DNA of 47,604 nucleotides from Nemertoderma westbladi (Eukaryota; Animalia; Xenacoelomorpha), in the NCBI GenBank assembly GCA_032718475.1, contig JAUCBJ010003139.1, positions 1 through 47,604 on the forward strand. The letters are read 5' to 3'. Position numbers and translations under genes: made by a program. The notes below the pieces were generated by a model, which made no database searches, had not been told where the DNA came from, and worked only from the letters and a program-made list of their open reading frames with translations. Of the stretch, positions 36,624-47,027 are shown piece after piece. The number at the start of each line of letters is the position of its first letter. The first letter of the stretch is position 1.

Positions 36624-37846
36624 TGTTCGCGCTTTCAGACCTTTGGCAGTTTAACCCGCCAAATTAAGATGTCTTCTAGATATTAAATCGCTTTTTAGCC
36701 TCTGACAAGTATTTGATTCACTACACTAGTCGAAACCAATCTGTGCGCGACCATTCACCCGCTGGATATTCCCGGGAGATTGGGTTCGACGGTTTAATTT
36801 TATTGCTATGTAAGCCTAATGTATTATTCGACTGACAGTATTATATAATCTCTGACAATATTATTCACCTTCGGGAATATTAACAGTTCCTTTAGGACAT
36901 GGCGCTTTATCTATATAAACAGAGTTATGACTTAAACTACTCACAACGATATGGCTTAATTATAATTCACATATATGGCGCATTCTTTAGGAAATGCTTC
37001 TTTAACAGACTCACTCATAAGCAATGCTGCACAATACTGCACACTAATCTGCCAATCTTCACTGATTTTAGTCACATATAAAAGGAACACAGACTGACTC
37101 ATGTAGGGTCTATCAAATAACATTAGATTCACTTCAAACCACTTTAACATAAGTCACAATCGTTATTGGTAACCTTTCTCTCTTACCTTCGGTATATCAA
37201 GAATATTGGGTGTCGGGGTTATTTTTCGTTATTCCAATATAATAATTCATCAACCAATATAATGAATAACCGACAACAAATAGCAGTACACAGTATTGAT
37301 TGAGCAGGTAAATTTTAGCAGTTTCAGCAGTTATTAAAAGCCGTGTGGTACGGTGTGTCAAATGCGGTGTGCATTAAAATGCGAGTTAAATGCGTTAAAG
37401 GATATATGTCCTTATAATTAAACCTACTAGTGTTGAGCTAAAAAGCAGAAAACATAAAACACTACAAAGCCGTTCTTTCGTGGCTTTGAAAAACTCGTGA
37501 CTACTGCTCTATACGATGATACCAACTACCCTTATTCCACGAAGCTCCCGTTCAACACAGAGAAAGAGCAGTGAGATAGGAAAATTTCAGTTCAGTAGCT
37601 CTGTGATAGGTCAAAATCAAGGCTAACTCAAATTCTATTGGGAGATACAAAAATAAGGCTATGACGCAACCTTCCTAGGCTAGTTGGCCGATTAAACAGA
37701 GCCCAGATGCCTGCGTACAGTAAATCAGCCAATAAGCTGGTAGCTTGCACTATTTTAGCTATCGATCCCCTTGAGAGTATTCTAGCGACCGGGGGGGAAC
37801 TGGCCAACAAGGCAAACGAATCAGTTATCCCACAAAAGCTTTTACA
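36624..37846 (-). repeat. 5' LTR of BEL-B (1223 bp)
   Basis: Direct repeat of 24947-26169, reading TGTAAAAGC...GCGCGAACA on the minus strand. Confidence 0.95.
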
Positions 37847-37851
37847 GGCCC

Positions 37852-40800
37852 TATCGGTAGAAGAGGAAAGAGCCAAGCAGATACAGGAAACGACTACACG
37901 TTTTCTTAAAGATCAAGGTAGGTATGAGATTGGTCTACCTTTCCGACGGAGAGAACCCAATTTTATAAATAACCGACCCTTGGCGGAGAAGAGAATCGCG
38001 CAACTACATCGATGCCTTACGGCAAATGCTTCAGCTAAGGAGATGTACAAGACCCAGCTGAAGAAATTCATCGACAAGGGATATGCGGAGCGAGTACCGG
38101 AAGAAACACCCATAACTGAGAGAACGTACTATTTAACACATCATTACGTTCCCAAACCCGGTAAACCCAACGAAGTCCGGGTAGTATTTGACGGCTCTGC
38201 CCTCTACATGGGCCAATCCCTTAACTCCGAGTTGTTGCCGGGACCCAACTTACTCCAATCCTTGTTGGGAATACTCTTAAGATTACGACAATATTCGATT
38301 GCTTTCGCCTCGGATATAGAAGGCATGTTCTTACAAGTTAAGGCGCTGGATAGGGATCGAGACAGCCTACGATTTCTGTGGTGGCCTGAAGGAGACCTCA
38401 ACCAGAAACCGGCATCCAGGCTTTCGGGATCATCTCGAGCCCCTCAAACGCCTGCTCAGTAGTGCGCACCACTGCTGATGACAACCGGGACGCCTTCTCT
38501 AAAGCGGTTATCGACAACATCAAACGGGATATATACATGGACAACAATTTAAAGTCCCTCCCATCGGTGGAAGACGCCATTGATGTCGCCAAGGGAACAG
38601 TAGAGTGCTTGAAAAGAGGTGGATTTCGATTAACTAAATTCACCAGTAACTCCCATGAATTTCTGGAATCGATCCCGGTAGAAGACCGAGGAGTTAAAGA
38701 TCTAGACCTTATCAAGGACGATCTTCCAGAAACCAAGACGCTTGGTTTGAAATGGGACACGGAGAGAGATATCCTGTTTTTCCAGCTAAAACAGCGAGAT
38801 AATCCAATTCGAACTAAACGGATTTGTCTAAATATCCTGAGCACTTATTTCGATCCATTGGGATTTATTAGCCCAGTTATATTGATTGCTCGGAGTTTAG
38901 TACAACAAATGTGGCTTGAAAACCACTCGTGGGACGATCCACTTAAGGGAGAACTATTAAAGATGTGGATGAAATGGGAAGATTCTCTACCATCCATCGA
39001 GAATTTTACGATTTCCCGTTCTTAATTTGGTCATGTTCTCCCCACGTATTCCTATCAACTCCATGTGTTTGGAGACGCCAGCGACATGGGAATAGGTATA
39101 GTAGCCTACCTGAGGGTTGAAACTCCGGATGGAATTAAGGTCGCCTTGGTTACCTCTAAGGCCTTGATAAACAACAAGCTGAGAGTTCCTCGAGCGGAGT
39201 TAAAAGCGGCTCTATACGCTACAGCCATCGGCCGGAATGTAACAGAACAGATCGACTATCCACTGGAGAAAACTGTCTATTGGACCGATGCTTTACTCGT
39301 GTTGGAGTATATAACCAATGAAGTCTGTCAGTTCAGCGTCTTCGTTACCAACAGAGTAGCCATTATACTTAGTCGCACGAAGATAGATCAATGGAGACAT
39401 TGCCCTGGGACGATTAATCCAGCCGACATCGCCTCCAGAGGAGCAACTCCACAAGAACTGATAGACACTCCAGACTGGTTAGGTGGACCCGACTTCCTAA
39501 GCAAGGAAGAGGATGAATGGCCTCCTCATCTTACCACGGCTGAGATTAGACAAGCCAAGGGAGCGGAGAAAGTCAAACCTAAAACCCGGGCGAGTAAATC
39601 GAAGTTATTTAAACCCGTGATAGATCTGTCTGTACTACACATTTCCGGAGATGACGCTTTGGATCCAAAATTCCCCGCCACAAATAAGTCTGTTGTGGAA
39701 ATCAGAGAGAGAGATTGGAAATCTGGAACACCAGACGTCTCGCAGGGACTCTCACCCCTCCTGCAGAGAGCGATACATCACTATAGCTCCTGGAATCGGC
39801 TCTGTAAGGCCGTTGCATATTTGAAGCGATGCTTTCATTATCACTACTCCAGAAAGAAGATCGCTAGTGATACCGCTCCACTGACATCTGCGCAGGTCCA
39901 TGTTGTTAAAGATCTTCCCAAATATAAGATATCGGACAGATTTCTGAAGGAGAAGATCAGTTACCAGGAGCATGAAGAAACCAATAAGCAGATACTGAGA
40001 CTCCTGCAATGCTATGAGGATTCCGATAAGTATTTCCTGTTGTTGAGAAATCCACAGATGCGCTTAAGGGATCGTTTCTCTAGCACAATGATAGATGGGT
40101 TAATACGCGTTGGAGGAAGACTAACTAATGCTCCATTATCCTTTGACACTAAGTTTCCCATACTCATTAGAAATCTTGAAATACAAATCAAGATGATTGT
40201 AGATGTTCACAGTAAGCTTTATCATGCTGGTAGAGAACGAGTTCTTAGCAAAATTCGAACTCGCTATTATTTTCATAAACCCCGTAGAGCTCTGAACCAA
40301 GTTCTTAGGAACTGCATACCCTGTAGGAAAGCATTCAGTAGGCCTTTAACACAGCGAGAGGCAGAATTACCTAGGGAACGAGTAAGCTTCTATGAACCAC
40401 CCTTCACAAATACCGGTGTGGATTTATTTGGCCCTATTGAAGTATATCATGCTAGGACTATAGTCAAGAGATGGTGTGTCATCTTTGTCTGTATGACTTG
40501 TAGAGCTATCCATCTCGATATGGTGAACGATCTATCTACCAACAGCTTCATACTGAGCTTACGCCGACAGATCGCTCACTTTGGAACTAGTAACACGATG
40601 AGATCTGATAAGGGAATGAACTTCATTGGTGCCAACAATGAAATCAAGGCTTACGTCAAAGATTGGAACCAAAGACAGGTGGACGATCAGCTAAGGGTAA
40701 CAGCGTCTAGCTGGACCTTCAATGCCGCCGACGCCCCTTGGTGGGGAGGAAGTTGGGAGAGATTAATCAGGAGCGTGAAGACCGCATTTCACTTTATAGT

Positions 40801-41419
40801 GCCGTGCCGCGCGTATCTCACCGACGAAATTTTGCGGACGTTAATGGAGGAAATCGCCGCCTATCTCAACGAGAGACTGCTTATGCCAGTCTCATCGAGT
40901 CCCGATTCCCTGGAAGTGCTAACACCCGCGCACTTCCTACTGAAGAAACCTGTAGCCATGCTCCCACGATCGGAAATCACGGACGGAGACGAATACTGCC
41001 GGCAAACTTGGCAACTTATGCAGTTGTTATCCCGTCGTTTCGCTGACCATTTCGAAAAACATTATCTGCCTAAGCTACAACTTCGAACTAAGTGGTTTGC
41101 GCAGCAAGAAAACGTCAGCGCCGGAGACATGGTCCTTATTGTGGAATCAGATCTTCCACGTAAGCGATGGCAGACAGGTCGTATCATCGAGACTCATATC
41201 TCAGATGATGGTTTGGTGCGATCGGTAGAACTCGTCGTCATGTGACGTAACTTTAAGAAACCTGGAATTGTGTTCGAAACACAACAACTCAATCGCCCAG
41301 TTGGTCGTTTATGTTTACTGGCGAGAGACCGAGAACTGTCCGGAAACTATGGAAGGCAAGATACTCTTCCCACGACCACCTCCCTAATCCAGCCAACATC
41401 CAGGGACTCCCCAACGTAA
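37852..41419 (+). pseudogene. pol: BEL-A pol: RT, RNase H and integrase (frameshift near 38410, stops at 39023 and 41243)
   Basis: RYEIGLPF, YYLTHHYV, VRVVFDGS, SLNSELLPGPNL, SDIEGMF, FGDASD, PGTINPADIASRG and the integrase DDE motifs. It is collinear with B pol. Confidence 0.93.
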
Positions 41420-42612
41420 TGACGTCTGGAGTGGGTGTGTGACTGTATTATTTTATATATTTTTATTATTTTTATATTTATGTATGTATTATTATGTACT
41501 TTTATTATAATCATTTTCTTTAATTTTATGTAGTAGAATGTTATTTTAGCAATTATCTAGTAGATTAGTGCAATATATATTAGTCTTATTACTTAATTAC
41601 TTATATTATATATTTAGTGCAACGGCGAGAAATAATTATTTTTCTCTTTCCTTACTGTCCGTATCATATTATAAATACGTGACTACAGTAAGATGAAATG
41701 TCCGTACTTATTAAAGTACAATAAAGCTCCTACTATACTCAAGTATTATTGGTAAGTAGAGTATTAGGAATGCAAAGTTCAGATCCTCGTGTCTCGGCTA
41801 AACCAAGCTCTGGGTAGACCTTGGAAACGACTTGCCTCTTCTCACTGACATTGCTTCTTGCAATATTGCTCTCATACCGTATATTAAATAATACATATAG
41901 TAGCGTGATGTCCCTTTAACAGTAGCGTACGACGCAAAATAAATCTGTTAAACCCTTTGACCATCTGTAATTCTAGTCGATTAAGATATCGCGGCACCCA
42001 CCGATATACTTGAAAGACAAAATTCTAGAATCAATGGTTAACGAATGTTCTGGAATAAATCGGTGCCCATCTTAAATATTAACTATTAATATTTGTAAAA
42101 TCTGTCAAACAAATACAATAGAGTAAATACTTACAAGTTAACTCTAGAAAATCTATAAATTAAAATCTGTTAAATTTTAGATCCTTTAAAATTCTAGTCG
42201 ATTAAGATATCGTAGCACTTACCAATACTCTTAAAAGGACAAATTTCCTAGAATCAAGGATCACAGTCCCCAGACATGCTCTGGAATAAAATTGTGCTTA
42301 TTCCAACATTGAATAATAAAATTTACGGGAATAAATTTAAATTCATCTTTTTTAATGAATTTGATAAATTGTCATTTTTATACAATTTATAACATTCCCA
42401 AAATTCCAATAATTAATAGATCATGGGAGCGGAGATTCACCCTATTAAGTGTATTAGTGTGCGAGAATCTCCAATATATAGTCAATAGCTGATAAAAATT
42501 CATAAAATCATGTATAAAGGGGAATATTGACAATTAAAGAATTACTATTAAATAGCATCCCAGATCTGTATGCATGAGAATTACCCTAATTCTACTGCTA
42601 GCTTTCCATAAT

Positions 42613-42626
42613 GTCGCCATAGCAAC
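42613..42626 (+). promoter_or_regulatory. RFX X-box motif (GTCGCCATAGCAAC) ~490 nt upstream of accessory ORF3 in A
   Basis: It fits the X-box consensus and is conserved in B. Confidence 0.5.
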
Positions 42627-43114
42627 AACCACGTGAGAATTAGAAGCGAGTTAAAAGAACAATAGAAAGCTTGCCCCATTGAATAGCATAAGGAATAAAT
42701 AGCACACTGCTAGTATCCAAGGATACATAATAATAACGTGGCATTCTGGAAGGCACTTGACTAACGGACAAATGGCCCGAATGTGTACAATTTGTGACAG
42801 TTGTGTGGAATTTGTGCGTTTATAGGTGAATGTTACTACTAAAGTGTGTTTACAGTAGCTAGTCGCAGTTGTGAAAGTAGCCCTACCTCTGCAGTAAGAA
42901 CCTGAAGTAAATCTAAGCCCTTGGGACGGACAGTGGAGTGACTCGCGCTGGTTATCGTTGTCGTTGTGTAGCTACTACATTGGCGAAAAACACAGTGACG
43001 ACGGTACATCGGCGCTGAGGATCTTGCGCTGTCCGGGGGCCGTAAGGGGTAGGCAGCGACGCCCGCTAGCCTAATTATAACTAATTATAATATTGATAAA
43101 CTCATATAGCAGCT

Positions 43115-43924
43115 ATGACTGAGTTGATAGAAGATGATCTTGGTATCAGGGAGCGATATACTCTACCGTTACAAGCGTTTGTTGATAGCTTAATATGCGG
43201 CGACGCTAGTCCAACTACTACGGAGGACGATGGTCGTTATATCGAACCGCCAATGTCCCAGGAGCAACTCACGCGTGAATTGGACTATAGAAAATTCACC
43301 GCTCACTACACGCATCGTAATGGTACGTATATGGACTTCTTAACTACTGGCCATCCTATCGATTTACACGATACGGACGATGTAGACACCGAAAGGGAAA
43401 TGGTTTTATTTAAATATCATACTCAGCGGAGTCGGAACGATAAACAGAGAATCGCACACGAGAATTCTATTCGAAACCGACTCGAAAGAGAAGACGTTGA
43501 AGAGCCGGATAAACGCAGCGACTTCAATGATTATCTGGAATTCTTGAGAGAAACATATCTCAATATTGCCAGTCAACAGAATCTAGAAACTCGATATCCT
43601 CAAGGTATACATCATGACGCCATGATAGAACTCAAACGGCTCTATTTCACTATGATGTATCTTACCGCCGATCGACAGCTACATGTCGTCCCAGATAGCT
43701 TCGAACAGATGGAGGAATATTGTAAAACTGGAGAACGATCACCCGCATTTCCCCTGCAGGACGTGCGTCTTTGGTATTACTGTGATGAATGCCCTAGACC
43801 CAACCAGCAAACGGAAAGACATAAACATCCGCGGAGACGTTGCGCTAAACACAGTTTTACTCGTTATACCTATGGGAGTTTCAAGCGAAACTTGTTCGAC
43901 GACGTATCACCTACGCTCGCTTGA
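43115..43924 (+). CDS. BEL-A accessory ORF3, 269 aa, unknown function, possible C/H metal site (CDEC...H...C..H)
   Basis: Intact ORF whose start and first ~120 codons are conserved in B. It is preceded by the AG acceptor-like ATAGCAG. Confidence 0.7.
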   Translation: MTELIEDDLGIRERYTLPLQAFVDSLICGDASPTTTEDDGRYIEPPMSQEQLTRELDYRKFTAHYTHRNGTYMDFLTTGHPIDLHDTDDVDTEREMVLFKYHTQRSRNDKQRIAHENSIRNRLEREDVEEPDKRSDFNDYLEFLRETYLNIASQQNLETRYPQGIHHDAMIELKRLYFTMMYLTADRQLHVVPDSFEQMEEYCKTGERSPAFPLQDVRLWYYCDECPRPNQQTERHKHPRRRCAKHSFTRYTYGSFKRNLFDDVSPTLA

Positions 43925-44218
43925 CTCAAACGATCCTTGAATAAACCCATGATCAGAGTTCCGGAATACTCGGTCAGACCTCCTCATTCCTTAGTGAGAC
44001 CTCAAACGCTTGATCCTAATAGTATAACGGATCCCCCTGAACTGTACTCACTATTTAAAGATCTTGTGCTACCCGACAATTAATCAGTGGCACTCCGGTA
44101 GTGGGCTCGCTAGATATTCGCCCATCCTACCTAGCCGGATTGGGACGCGGGCATCTAATATCGCCGTTCAACCCGTACAATCATCCCGGTTTAACCCCGA
44201 TACAACCCGTCACCGAAG

Positions 44219-44992
44219 TTGAGGAGAGCGTTGTACGAAACGCGTAGACGCTATTCGGCAGAAGATCGGAAAAGGAACTTACGATTGTTTAGAGAAACGC
44301 AAATTGCAGCAACAAGTCCAAGCGGTGAAGGAATTGGCCTTACCCCAGTTCGATCGAGAAATCCAGAATCTCGAGGAAGACATCGAACTTGGACGAACCT
44401 ATTCTCTACAAGAGTTCTTAGACGAACGTTTACAACGACAAGCGGAGGAAAATCAGCTCGAGGAGAAGCACATCGAAATGGATGAGAGAGAAGAAGCAGC
44501 TTTAGCCCAGCCAGAAGCTCAAATCCTTATGACTGATCTCTATTCCAAAACCATCATTCACCCCTCGATGGTTCCCCATTTCGGAGACAAACTCTTCGCC
44601 ACGGTACAACCTAAGCTAAACTCTTCGCCACATATCAACCTAAGATCTCGAGATCTTATCGCTGACGCTCCTATGTTACAGCGTCCGCCAATCGAGGCTG
44701 CTCGTGTCGACGGTATACTCGTTGAACCTCCGGACAATCGAGCGGATCGTGTCCGTCGTATGGTACACGAGGTCAACATACACACTAGACCTTTACCGAA
44801 CTCGTTTTATGGGATCAAAGATCACCCTTATTATGTCAATCTAACTCAATATTACATGGTAAAACCGGAAGATCCTACACATAATCTAAGGTTTCTACCA
44901 CTAATAAATCCTCTCGATCTTGTCGAACTCGAACAACTGCAGAAACATCTGGATCAGTTAGTGAAAGTAAACTCATTCCGAAAACCCTACAA
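44219..44992 (+). CDS. BEL-A further accessory coding region, unknown function, truncated at the LINE junction
   Basis: ORFs 44219-44485 and 44304-45074 overlap, with a charged coiled-coil-like segment. The residues after about KPYN are antisense LINE sequence. Confidence 0.55.
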
Positions 44993-45068
44993 TGTCTTAA
45001 TGCTCTTTGCAGCAGCCTTCACTTCTGCAAAGGAGATATCACCAATGGGAATATCTGGGAGTACAGAC

Positions 45069-46571
45069 TCATGACACTTTTACTTCTATAAAGTTATCAG
45101 GCAATACCCTGTCATTATTGAGGAGCTTTACAAAGTGGGCCTTCCAACCATTGAGGCGATCGGCTGGTGATTCAGCCTTAACCTTGGTGGTTGGTTGGCC
45201 AGCAAGCAAGTTGATCGATCTCCATGCCTGGGATGATTGCCTGCTGTCGTCAGCATCATTGATGGCATCAACCTGTTGGTTTATTAGCTCCTGTAATTTA
45301 ACAGAGTACTGCCTGTTCAGGGACCTAGATGCAGCCTTAACTGCATTCTTGGCCGCTGTAGTCTGTTTGAGTCGGGACTCTTTCTGCGCCTTGTAGAGGT
45401 CATTTCGGCACTTCTGAATTTTGTTGTCAATCCAGGGGGCCCGTTTCCTGTTTCGAGGGTATACAGGAACTGTTTCTGCAGCTGCTAACTTAACTGCCTC
45501 TGTGAAGGCAGTATAGCCCTCACAGTGATCTGCCGCCTCAGAGGCAAGAACCTCATACCTGTTGCTCAGCTGTAGTGTGAAGCTGGATCTCACACTTGGC
45601 TGTTGCAACAGAGAGGACCAGTCATGCCGCGGCAAGGCAGATTTCGTTGTTCTGCTAGCACGCAGACTAAGTCTTACCTTGGCCACAATAAGGCGGTGAT
45701 CACTGGAGAAGGGTCGTAGTGTAAATGCATTACAGTCTTGTATAGAGCTCCTGTATTTCCTACGAAACAGGATATGGTCTATCTGGGACTTGTGACCACT
45801 GGGTCCACTATGAGTCCATAGCTTTCCAGTTCGCTTCTTGAACTGGGTTCCAGCCGAAAACAATCCATTTCCAGAGATAAAATCCTGAAGATGGACGGAA
45901 TTTCGGTTAACACTATTGCTATAGACCCAGGGCGATGTAGGTGATTGATGCAGACTTGCATTAAAGTCTCCCAGGGATGTTAAGAATGCATGCTGATCCA
46001 CTCCATCAGTAGCTGCTTGTAGATTCTGGTAGAAATTTTCCACCTCCTCTACAGGGGCAACACTAGTTGGAGAGTAGCACACAATCAGAACCACCTTAGG
46101 AAACTTCTTAGCCAGTCTTCCAGAACATGAGAAGTGGCAACGGATGATGCGGTTAGAGATTTGGTCTATTTTGTCCAATGCTGCATGTGCAGTTGGATTC
46201 ATCAATAGACCAATTCCACCATTGCCACTATCATCTGCTGAAGCGAGGGCGAGTCGCCAACCGCCCCCCATGTCCTTAATCAGAACCTCATCAGTCTGTC
46301 CAGTCTGCATTCGGTGCTCTTGAACACCCACTGCACTAAGAGAAAGCTTATCTGCCAAGGCAGTCAGCTCACCTTGTCGCATTGGGGACCCGAGTGTTAG
46401 GGTGTTTACTGAGGCTAGTCTAGTGACTTGCCTCAGATTCACCAATGGCTTTGTTGGTCGGGGTGGAACATGAGAGTAGCCTCCAACTCCAGAATCCCTC
46501 TCCCCCTCACAATCTGGCCTCCCTGGTGACCCAGGGTTTGGGCCAGAAAGGTCATCAGGAAAGGGGCTCAA
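45069..46571 (-). CDS. LINE ORF: apurinic/apyrimidinic-like endonuclease and linker
   Basis: 500-aa ORF with a full set of EEP/APE catalytic motifs. Confidence 0.88.
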   Translation of the reverse strand: MSPFPDDLSGPNPGSPGRPDCEGERDSGVGGYSHVPPRPTKPLVNLRQVTRLASVNTLTLGSPMRQGELTALADKLSLSAVGVQEHRMQTGQTDEVLIKDMGGGWRLALASADDSGNGGIGLLMNPTAHAALDKIDQISNRIIRCHFSCSGRLAKKFPKVVLIVCYSPTSVAPVEEVENFYQNLQAATDGVDQHAFLTSLGDFNASLHQSPTSPWVYSNSVNRNSVHLQDFISGNGLFSAGTQFKKRTGKLWTHSGPSGHKSQIDHILFRRKYRSSIQDCNAFTLRPFSSDHRLIVAKVRLSLRASRTTKSALPRHDWSSLLQQPSVRSSFTLQLSNRYEVLASEAADHCEGYTAFTEAVKLAAAETVPVYPRNRKRAPWIDNKIQKCRNDLYKAQKESRLKQTTAAKNAVKAASRSLNRQYSVKLQELINQQVDAINDADDSRQSSQAWRSINLLAGQPTTKVKAESPADRLNGWKAHFVKLLNNDRVLPDNFIEVKVS

Positions 46572-46796
46572 AGATATTGTTTGCCGCTCTCTCTCCAGTA
46601 GGGGGTGAGACAGGCAGCCGGTCAGGAGATAACTGACGCCTGTGAGGCCGATTGTGTCCAGTCATTCCACTGGCCTCTAGTGGCTGGACCTCCGCATTAC
46701 TAATGTAATCCATAGTGGGGGTTAGGGGGTGCTTTTTTGCCGAGTCAGCTCTCGGGGCAAATACCACACCCTGGTTTGCCATTCCACAGGGTGGGT

Positions 46797-47027
46797 GTCG
46801 CAGTGGGGTCAGATATGAGGCCCATCACCCATATCTACTCTGGCGCACATGACCCACCATTGGCTGTGCAGCTCATCTGCTGGGTCATGCCCTGTACCCC
46901 TGCTGCCAGGTGCAGGTCGCAGTGAAGTGCACTCAGAGTGGACATGAGAACACTCTACTCTTGACCAGCCATTGGTAGATCACCATCTGCCTGGCCAGGC
47001 CATATACCCCTGCAGCCAAGTATATGG
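46797..47027 (-). ncRNA. Two tandem copies of a three-hairpin structured RNA module in the LINE 5' UTR
   Basis: Stem sequences differ between the copies but still pair, while loops and linkers (TGGCWGCAGGG, GCAGATG..CCAATGG, AGAGT, CACTGCGAC) are conserved. Confidence 0.6.

Larger units (their letters stand above)
24947..37846 (-). mobile_element. BEL/Pao LTR retrotransposon B (two LTRs, 5-bp TSD GGCCC, internal gag-PR deletion)
   Basis: The TSD GGCCC is at 24942-24946 and 37847-37851. The 1223-bp direct repeats have TGT...ACA ends. Internal gag, pol and accessory regions are homologous to A. Confidence 0.95.
17146..44992 (+). mobile_element. BEL/Pao LTR retrotransposon A (degenerate, 3' end deleted, contains the Ginger1 and BEL-B insertions)
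   Basis: Order is 5' LTR, long leader, gag, PR, RT, Pao-type RNase H, integrase, then accessory ORFs. Removing B restores the frame ...SYDEA|LSVEEERAK.... The right boundary is approximate. Confidence 0.9.

Noticed and set aside
24947-37846. The 1.22-kb direct repeat read as a segmental duplication, assembly artefact or separate inserted element
   Set aside because: TGT/ACA ends, the GGCCC TSD, the adjacent PPT and termini matching the A LTR show it is the LTR pair of BEL-B.
37707-37851. N-terminus MPAYSKSANK... of ORF 37707-38462 (also ORF 26030-26251)
   Set aside because: It is antisense LTR sequence that happens to be in frame with A pol, not a real protein start.
33364-38844. Antisense ORFs over pol and gag (33364-33960, 38398-38844, also 21656-22000)
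   Set aside because: They are shadow frames of retroelement coding sequence or repeats, with no independent motifs.
44993-45074. C-terminus of ORF 44304-45074 as part of the accessory protein
   Set aside because: It is read from antisense LINE sequence beyond the deletion junction.
46860-46890. Hammerhead ribozyme core
   Set aside because: The sequence reads CAGAUGA-stem-CAAU rather than CUGAUGA-stem-GAAA, so the catalytic core is not matched.
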